Below, piece by piece: positions 10,401 to 18,900 of a stretch of 38,590 bases of DNA; positions within the stretch are counted from its first letter, which is position 1; each line of letters starts with the position of its first letter. The stretch is from Candidatus Poribacteria bacterium (GTDB taxonomy: Bacteria; Poribacteria; WGA-4E; UBA9662), in assembly GCA_046582655.1 (NCBI GenBank), contig JAYGDX010000059.1, forward strand, positions 1 through 38,590, read 5' to 3'. The position numbers were made by a program, and so were the translations under genes. The notes under the pieces were generated by a model. It made no database searches and had not been told where the DNA came from. It worked only from the letters and a program-made list of their open reading frames with translations.

Positions 10401-12952
10401 ATCTAAAGTCGGTTGATGTAAAAATACCATACCGTAAGTTGACTGCTCTGACAGGTGTTAGCGGGTCAGGAAAATCTTCATTGGCCTTGGACATAATTTA
10501 CGCAGAAGGGCAACGTCGCTATATTGAATCTTTATCTACGTATGCCCGACAATTCCTTGGTCAGCTTAAAAAACCGAAAGTTGAAAAGATAGAGGGTTTA
10601 TCTCCTGCTATTGCAATTGAACGTCAAGCTTTAAGCAAGAATCCAAGATCTACGGTTGGTACAGTTACAGAAATTTATGACTATCTGCGGGTACTCTACT
10701 CGCGCATTGGCAGAGCCCATTGTCCTCAGTGTAAGAAGCCAGTCGGGTCACAAAGTTCTCAGCAAATCATCGATAAGATTATGGATCAACCGCATGGAAT
10801 CCGTATTTATGTCATGTCCCCGCTCAAACTACAAAGGGGTGAGAATTATCAAGAAGCATTCAAAAGACTTCAACGGCTCGGTTTTGCGCGTGTTGAAGTC
10901 AACAATGTTACCCATCTTCTTGATCAAGCACCAGACTTAAAAGCAACAAGCAAATATGATGTCAAAATTGTTGTTGATCGACTTGTCGCTTCTGAAGAAG
11001 AGAAAAGTCGCTTGGCTGAAGCAGTGGAAACGGCTATAGCGCAAAGTGTTGGTACCGTTGCAATTCGACGCGAGTCAAGATCAGTACAATTTGGCAGATC
11101 CGAAACTATGGGTGCAAAAGAGGTTAGCAACCGGCGCAGACAACGCAGGCGAAACCAGGACAACCAGAATTTAACACCGACAACACAAGAAGGTGGAGAC
11201 CAAATCATCGTTTACAGCACCCAATTTGCCTGTGTACCATGTAGTCTAAGTTTTGACGAACTAACACCACAACACTTTTCTTTTAATAGTTCAATTGGCC
11301 AGTGTCCAACATGCAGTGGGTTTGGAACTATATGGGGTAATATATGCCATTCATGTCAGGGAACACGTCTCAAACCTTTGGCCAGTCATGTCACAATTGG
11401 CGACAAGACTATCTCTGAACTAACGGCAATGCCAATACGCCAAACTGTCCATTTCTTTAACGAGATTGGTCTTACACCACATGAGATGGAGATCGGACGT
11501 GAGTTGGTAGCCGAAACTCGAAAAAGGCTTCAATTTCTAAAAGAAATTGGGCTTCACTATCTCACGCTGAATCGACGGGCACCAACAATATCTGGTGGTG
11601 AAATGCAACGTGTTCACTTAGCCAGCCAACTGGGGAGCGGTTTAACCGGCATAACTTATGTTTTGGATGAACCGACAACAGGTCTTCATCAACGTGATAA
11701 TCAACGTTTGATCAAGGCTTTAAAGGGATTGCGTGACCTTGGTAACACCGTACTGGTTATCGAGCATGATCCAAGTACAATTGAATCATCGGACCATGTG
11801 CTTGATTTCGGTCCTGGTGCGGGCATACTCGGTGGCGAAATAATAGCCACGGGGTCACCATCTGAAATCAAAAGAAATTCTCAATCGCTGACCGGTCGCT
11901 ATTTATCTAAAGCGGAAGAGATCAGCATCCCTAAAGAGCGGCGTCAGGGCAGTGGGAATTGGCTGGAAATAAAACACGCTAAGAAGAATAATCTTAAAGA
12001 CATCAACGTTAAAATTCCATTTGGGACACTGACATGTGTAACTGGTGTTTCCGGATCAGGAAAAAGCTCATTGGTTGATGGAGTCCTGTTACAAAGCAGT
12101 GTCACTTCAATCGGAGACGCACTCAAGTTTGAACACAGGGAAGAGAACCAGAAAGTAGATCTCAGTGTTTTTGACAAAGTAATCAATATTGATCAAAGTC
12201 CAATCGGTGAAACACCTAGATCAAATGCTGCAACATATACTGATATGTTTACCAAGATTCGAACTCTATTTGCTAGTCTGCCCGATGCCAAAGTTCGAGG
12301 GTTTTCATCTGGCCGCTTTAGTTTCAATATCAGCGGCGGTCGATGTGAGTTGTGTCAAGGACTTGGATACAACCAGATCGAAATGCATTTCCTTGCTGAT
12401 GTTTGGTTGGAATGTGAGTCTTGTAACGGTACTGGTTATAATCGAGAAACTTTGGAAGTTCGCTATAAAGGGAAAAATATTGCCGATATCTTACGGATGC
12501 CGGTCCGTGAAGCATTGGAGATCTTTCAGGACATACCAACCATTGAAAAAACGCTTCAGCTGTTGTTTGACGTTGGATTGGATTATATTCAACTGGGACA
12601 ATCGAGTACAACACTTTCAAGTGGAGAATCACAACGAATAAAATTGGCGGCGGAACTTGGAAAGAGGAGTACTGGAAAAACACTTTATGTTATGGATGAG
12701 CCCACAACTGGACTACATTTCGAGGATATTCAAAAGTTACTGAATGTAATCAACAGACTCGTTAACAAAGGCAATACCATTGTTATTATCGAACATAATA
12801 TGGATGTGATTAAGTCGGCAGATTGGATAATTGATCTGGGACCTGAAGGTGGAAAGGAGGGCGGTTATCTCATTGCCATGGGGACACCGGAGGAAGTCGC
12901 GTCTATCGATCAATCACATACTGGCCTGTTTTTACGTGATGTGCTTACTTAA
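7442..12952 (+). CDS. uvrA: Excinuclease ABC subunit A, double-length (two fused UvrA units)
   Basis: GAREHNL/GASEHNL, four GVSGSGKS Walker A motifs, YAEGQRRYIESLS twice, four Walker B (LDEP/MDEP) motifs and CxxC zinc sites. The linker lies at about 10300-10370. Confidence 0.96.
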   Translation: MSQEFIEIRGAREHNLQDINLKLPKNQLIVFTGVSGSGKSSLAIDTIYAEGQRRYIESLSTYARQFIGQIEKPKFDTIDGLSPSISISQKSTSQNPRSTVATITEIYDYLRVLFSRAGKLHCAECNSPLGRQTEDEIVDQIMAMPENRRLLILAPIVIGRRGEYRKELEDARKAGYARARINGVVVDLMEDIQLERHKRHNIEIVVDRIKVRSDIRSRVAESVELALRMSNGILTVNMLDFQDKNRTFSRSYTCTRCQIGYQPLAPRDFSFNSPAGMCPTCRGVGTINGISKDLVIPDPDLSINNGAVSLWGKIESSRLRMMVQSLADYFEIDLNDSWKELPENVQNAILYGTGSRRIPMIYRQRGRHRFKRREAFHGVIPDAEYQYHRSRSQARKNKFEKYVSIIMCPDCNGNRLKSEAMSVKIDDKSIVDIAEMTINDCLEFFNNLRLAERETIIAEGVLREIRGRLEFLANVGLEYLSLNRTAPTLSGGESQRIRLASQIGAGLHDVVYVLDEPSIGLHPRDNNRLLRTLQQLRNQGNTVIVVEHDEDTMRTADMIVDFGPRAGIQGGMISDIGTPNEVITNGSSLTAQYLRGDLEIEIPNRRRSHEDSFLEIIEAKHNNLKNIDVQIPVGILTCVTGVSGSGKSSLINDILYQALARDLMRADTTPGKHKRIQAIKCNENNTLEVQEVSDVIDKVVAINQSPIGRIPRSNPATYSKLFDHIRSLFAGLPESKLRGYKPGRFSFNVKGGRCEACQGNGAKKIELQLLADVWVACNVCNGKRYNQETLTVKYKDKSISDVLNLDVQEALEHFKNVPNIAKILQTLYDVGLDYIKLGQPSPTLSGGEAQRIKLSRELAKRRTDQTLYILDEPTTGLHFDDVKRLLEVLHRLVDQGSTVIVIEHNLEVIKTADYIIDLGPEGGESGGFVVATGTPEEVTQIKGSHTGQYLKRLLDRTTEFLKEDLRAPHAVGNNEKGIIVQGASEHNLKSVDVKIPYRKLTALTGVSGSGKSSLALDIIYAEGQRRYIESLSTYARQFLGQLKKPKVEKIEGLSPAIAIERQALSKNPRSTVGTVTEIYDYLRVLYSRIGRAHCPQCKKPVGSQSSQQIIDKIMDQPHGIRIYVMSPLKLQRGENYQEAFKRLQRLGFARVEVNNVTHLLDQAPDLKATSKYDVKIVVDRLVASEEEKSRLAEAVETAIAQSVGTVAIRRESRSVQFGRSETMGAKEVSNRRRQRRRNQDNQNLTPTTQEGGDQIIVYSTQFACVPCSLSFDELTPQHFSFNSSIGQCPTCSGFGTIWGNICHSCQGTRLKPLASHVTIGDKTISELTAMPIRQTVHFFNEIGLTPHEMEIGRELVAETRKRLQFLKEIGLHYLTLNRRAPTISGGEMQRVHLASQLGSGLTGITYVLDEPTTGLHQRDNQRLIKALKGLRDLGNTVLVIEHDPSTIESSDHVLDFGPGAGILGGEIIATGSPSEIKRNSQSLTGRYLSKAEEISIPKERRQGSGNWLEIKHAKKNNLKDINVKIPFGTLTCVTGVSGSGKSSLVDGVLLQSSVTSIGDALKFEHREENQKVDLSVFDKVINIDQSPIGETPRSNAATYTDMFTKIRTLFASLPDAKVRGFSSGRFSFNISGGRCELCQGLGYNQIEMHFLADVWLECESCNGTGYNRETLEVRYKGKNIADILRMPVREALEIFQDIPTIEKTLQLLFDVGLDYIQLGQSSTTLSSGESQRIKLAAELGKRSTGKTLYVMDEPTTGLHFEDIQKLLNVINRLVNKGNTIVIIEHNMDVIKSADWIIDLGPEGGKEGGYLIAMGTPEEVASIDQSHTGLFLRDVLT

Positions 12953-15900
12953 TGAGGGCAAGTTTCCGGGATTCCGAAAAATCACCAGCTCGCAACTGAT
13001 AGACATAAATACCGCTGGCAACTCGCTCACCATTCTGACTCCGGCCGTCCCAATAGATTGCTCGATCCTTTCGGACATAGAATCCTGCTGGTTTGAACCC
13101 AAGATCTATTTGCCTGATAATCTGCCCTTGCAGATTGTATATTGTTAGAATAACTTCCGAACCGGTTGAGATCTGAAATGGAATCCAAGTATCAGGATTG
13201 AACGGATTGGGATAATTCACCAAAAGCTCATTTTTTACAGGAATAGTAAGTGCTTCCAACGATAGAATTCGATCCGCTACAAAATTGCGTAACGCAACAA
13301 CGCCTTCAATATCGCCTGGGAGATCTAATAGCTTCTCATGCATTTGTTGATAGATACTTAATATGTTTGGATCTAAATCAAGAAAATTTCCAGGTGCAAC
13401 ATTAACTTCTTCTTCAACATTTTCAGTTTCTTCTTCGTTGCCTCCTGGTACAGCATGCGGTTCACTGATTTTCTTCATCCAGTTTAGAGCAACCGGTACG
13501 ATGTCATCCGCGTCTACAATACCGTTACCATCAGCATCCGCAATCGTTGCTAGCTGAATTTTGAATGGTTTTGCCGTCTGAAGAACCCAGTTTGTTGTAG
13601 CTTCCTGTCTTGGCTCACCTTTTTCCCTCCAGAAACGACCTATTGGAATGATGTCTGCTGCATTGACTTCTCCATCTTTGTTGGTGTCACCAGGAAAAAC
13701 GCCGACACCGGTAGAGAACGACCATGATACCTCCTCAGCCACAGGATTTCCGATAAGATCCGGTATCCCGGACTTGATTAAGACCGAAATTTCCTCAACA
13801 TCTCTAAAGATTTCATCCGATACGAAAGTCACATGATTTGCGTCTATGCGGATCTCGCCCCGAATTTTATCAACTTTATCACTGGACACTACTAGATATT
13901 GCTCATCGATTTGTACCTCTTCGCTGAACTCTACTGATATAATAGCATCGACCTGCACAAATTCCTCTGTACCATCTGGAGTAAAGGAAACCACTTCTGG
14001 TGCTAAATCATCAAATTCAACAGAATCTGATGCCACGTCAGAAACGTTGCCAGCACCATCCCGAAATTCAGCAAATACCGTGCGGATTCCTTCGCCAGAA
14101 GGCACTTCCCACTTAACCTGATCGCCAAACGGTTTCCAATCCTTGTCACTGAAATCATCCTCCTCGTTTCTTAACCTTACCTCACCAACCTCCTTCATGT
14201 TTGAAAGTTCATCAGAAGCTGCAAATTTAATTGTGATTCCTGCCTGTCTGGTTCGATCCCCAACAATTGATATTGATCCAATGGGTGCTGTCTGATCAAA
14301 GATGATTTGGTCTGAAAGAGGGGTTGTCGTTACGTTACCAGCGAAATCCCGGAACTGGCCAAAAACTGTTTTAATGCCCTCGCCATCCGATAGCTTCCAT
14401 TTGTGACTAGTACTGTCCGCTTCTTTCGGAGAAAAATTGATCCACTTAATCTCCTGATCAGATGGGTTAAAATCTTCGTCATTCTTGAAGCGCATCGATT
14501 CAACACCGAACCCAACATCGGCCGCTGCGGCATTCAGTACAACTAGTTGATCGATAGTATATATGTTAGCCTTGTTAACTGAAATTGATCCAATCGGGGC
14601 AATTTTATCGATGATCTGGATCCGTCCCAATTGCAGAACGATACCATATTTGGATTCTTCGTTAGCATACATCTCTGCTTCAATCTTAATTTCGTTTTTT
14701 GTATTCGGGTCTAATTTTTTAGGTATCTCAATTTCGATGGTTCCAACCTGTTCCGCATTTGGTGGATTCTGGTTAACTTTAAGTAGAATCCCATTAGCAA
14801 TTTTTGCAACCGTCATTGTCTCGGCAAATACTTTATTTAAGTTAAATGCTAAAATCTTAATGTTGGGCACTGTCTTAATAAGAATCTGACCTTTTAAGAT
14901 CTTAAAATCAGGTTTACGAAGCTTAAGTTCAATCACTCCAGACTGACTCGGTGCCAATGATACACCATCGAGTTCCAGTTTTATGTTTGCAAGTACGGTG
15001 AAGCGTCCAGAAGATAGAACTTTGGTTTCACCCAATTTTCTGTTTGTTTTGGAAAGCACAAGCGAAATATCTTTGGTGGTTATTTCACCAGTTGCCAAGT
15101 CAGCAGCAGTGGGTAAGACGAAAAAAATAAGATCTATCCGAAAAGTACCGTTTTTGGCACCAAATGATGGTGTTATTGTGAACTTTAAATCGAGTTGATT
15201 GCCGACTGACGTCGCACTTACTTGTTTAACACCTTTACCTGACAACATGATGAACTTAAGCAGATTGCTTGGGAAAACAAGCGAAGTTTCAGCCGTGATT
15301 TCACCAATTTCGGGGCCCAGAGGTCGAATAAAAATCGGAAATGCTATTTCTTGGCTTCTTCCACCACCAACATCTATCATCTCCAAGTAGAGGGGACTAT
15401 CCACAAAGATCTTGACCGCAGCCTGTTTAAAATTATTATAATTTAAACGCAATGTTGCCATCCCAGCGTTAAGTGCGGTAAATTCACCATTACCGGCGAT
15501 TTTTCCAATCTTTCCTTCTAATTGCCATTTCGGTTCATCGAGATCAATTTCATTCTTATTCTTATCATGTCCGATACCTGCAAACTGGATAGATTCTCCT
15601 ACAGACAAACTAACCGATCCATCGGTAATTTTCTTGTCTGCGAAGATTTTGATGTCTTGAATTTCTCCTGGTCGCACTGTGACTTGACCGGATAATTGAA
15701 TAAATCCATCCGTTTCTACCTGCACTTGTCCGACACCTTGCCTTCGAGCAGTAAAGGTACCATCATTTTTTATTTGACCAACACCACCAATCACTTTCCA
15801 TTTTTTTTCTACTGGTGTTTTTGTTATATTTCCGTATAAGTCGAGTCCTTCTAACTTGAATTTTTTTTCACTGCCAGCTACTAAGTTAGCATTCATTGGC

Positions 15901-18900
15901 ATGATTTTAAGCATAGCCAGCTTAGCTGGAGTGACCGTTATTTTTGTTGAGTTTCCCTTGGCTTCACCGACAGAAAGCTGCACTTGCCCTATACCAACAT
16001 GTTTTGCTGTCACTTGGAATGAGGCAACATTCGATTTGAAGCCTAGATCAATGCCACCAGCATCTGTTATCGCATTACCGACAATTTTCCATAACACCTT
16101 TTCTTGTGGAACGCTGACTTGATTGCCCGCTGAATCTCGTCCTATGACATGAAAAATCTTTTTCTCACCAGCTATCAGCGATATCGGTTCTTTGGGAAGG
16201 ATCTCTATATTCTTGACTTGCCCCTTGACGATTTGAATTTTTGGTAACTTTGCTACTAAACCATTAAGTGTGGCGGTGATGTCACCAATCCCTAGATTCT
16301 TGGGCGTCAACATTCCACCTTTAAACTGACCAAGTTCAACCGATTTTTCATAGGCACTAATTGCCCATTTAACCGCCGCTTGATCAACCACGACGGGATT
16401 ATCATACAGATCTGTCCCAACAACTTGAAAGGCTACAATCTGACCAATTTCGATATCCAAAATAGCTGGAGATATAATAATATTCGACAGGTCACCAGCT
16501 GTAATCGTGATCTCTGGAGATTCCTGTTTAAACTCTTTATAGCTGACCAAGATCTTTCCTTTTCCAGCTTTTATAGCAGTGAAGACACCATCAACTGAAA
16601 TTTTGCCGACACCATTTGTGACTTCCCACTTCAATGCCGTAGATAGATCAACTTTATTATCAAACTGATCTCGGCCTGAAGCAAAAAAAGGTAATAATTG
16701 ACCTGCACCGAGTTGCTTTGGCTGAACTGGATCATTAATGATCAGCTTGGTAACTGCTCCTGGTAGGATTCGTAAATTAGCAGTTGCAGATACCGATGTA
16801 TTTGGTACCATCGCACGAATCTGCAGCAAACCAATAGAAATACTCGGTGAAACGGTTATTGTATAGACACCATTTCCCACCTCTTTCACCTTAAGTTCTC
16901 GGTCTTTTGGAGGTAAAACCTCTGCCATTTTATCTTTTTCCACTACTTCGGCATTAGTATCAGGTTTGACTTCTTTTTCAGTTACTTTATCCGTGTCTTT
17001 CAATTCCCTTTCGAGATGAGTTTCGATCTTAATCGCTTCGTTTTCAAGTCGAACTGCATTTTCATCCGTCAGGATCATAGTGATCATTGAACTGATATTT
17101 TCTCCCGCCACTAACGAATCCGGATAGGCAAAAATTAGCAACCGCTCTGCTGAACTTTTGTGCTTAACTTCAATCAATATTTCCCTAGAGGTCGATCCTC
17201 CCAAGCTATCAGTAGCCAGAAAGAGAATTGGAAATGTTTTTGACCCTTCTTTTCCTTGAACAGCGTCACTCCTTGTTTGCCAGAAGAAGACGCCATCTTG
17301 ATCTAACTGAGCGTTGGGGGGCAGTCCCTCAACTGAAAAACGAACTTGATCCCCATCCGGATCGATCCCGCTGAGACTTAAAGTGATGGAATCTCCTTCA
17401 GTAACCGGAGCAATTACATCTTCTATTTCTTTGCTTTTCATATCAAGAACCACCAGCGTTGGTACTCGGTTAGGCCTTTTTAAACTGAGATCGACTGAAG
17501 CAGACAAAACTACTTTGTTTAATGAAACAGAGGCCGTAATTGGAAAGCTAACCGCGGGGCTATCGATCTCACCCGTTGTATATTTAGCGATATAGCGTCC
17601 ACTACCTTGCGCTTCAACTTCAGATATAGAACCAATTTGAGGGGTGTCAAATTCAACCTCAGCATCACTAATAGGTCGATTCTTGGTATCACGAACACTG
17701 ACAACCAAAGTTGTTCCAACTATACCATCAGCCGGCAATTCGGTTATCTCAGCAATAAGTTTGATGTTATCAGGCTGGCTATTTAACTGTTTGACTCCTG
17801 TTTTGGCTGAAACCTTGTTGGAAGTCGTCGCGCTTAAAACAACTACCCCTACAATATTACTGGCTCTATAAATTGCTGAGTACTTCCCTCTGAGCTGATG
17901 TTCCATTTCAACCTCGAAATCGTCAGATGTTAGCATCACCCGTTCATCAATTACAGGTTTCCCGAAAGCATCTTTTACCGTAGCAACGACTTCCGTCTCT
18001 GAAGTTTCTTCAGCAAGAAGCAGATTCTTAGCGGCACTTAATGTAATTTGAGCTGCTTGACTTAAGTTATTAACGATGAATTTTGCAGACTGTATTTGCT
18101 TAAAAACCGAGTCAGTTAAGGAGAAAGTAACCGTCTTGACTACACCACTCTGTTCATAGGCTGTCACCGTTTGAAACGAAGGTTCGTATATGAATTTATA
18201 GCGGTTTTTATCAACCTGTTCGAATTCGCTATCTTCAAGTTCACTAACTGCAAACGTCAACTCATCATTATTTTTGTCTTCCCCTTCTACAAAAATTACC
18301 AGTTGCTTGCCTTCTGACATGGAAAAATTGACCGGATTTTCGCGAAGAATAGCGTTTCTGGTATTCTTCAGTTTTAAAACCGGTGCGTCATTTGGTTGTG
18401 CTCTTATCGGATCCAAGATTGGTGGGTTTCCATTCCTATCTGTTAATTTCCCGTTTTCTGTCGAGAACGTTACAACTGGCGGTTCACCACGACGAAGTAT
18501 TTCTGCAGCCCCATCTTCTACACTAATTTCAAGATTCCATATCAAACCGAAATTATCGGTTCGATTAAAATTAGTAACTTCCAAGTCTCCATATCCTTCC
18601 AACCTAATTCGCCAGCCATCTTTACTTGGATTCATAATCGGTTCTGAGAATGCGATCTCGATCGAATTCTCTCCGATCACTCTAGCCGTATAGGAAGGCG
18701 AAATACCATCTTGGGCCTGAATAATTCTTCGGCTGGGATCAACTTCATTGCCTGACAGATCCCTAATTGGATTATCGGCAACACCGATATACTGCACAAA
18801 CGGTTGATCCCCTGTTTGAATTGGTGCGGCAAGGGTAATGGTAAACTCATTCCCTTTACCACTAAAAAATGATATCGGTTTGTCGTTAACCGTCCAATTA

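Noticed and set aside
7442..12952. uvrA doubling as an assembly artefact
   Set aside because: The halves are diverged, have distinct indels and are joined in frame.
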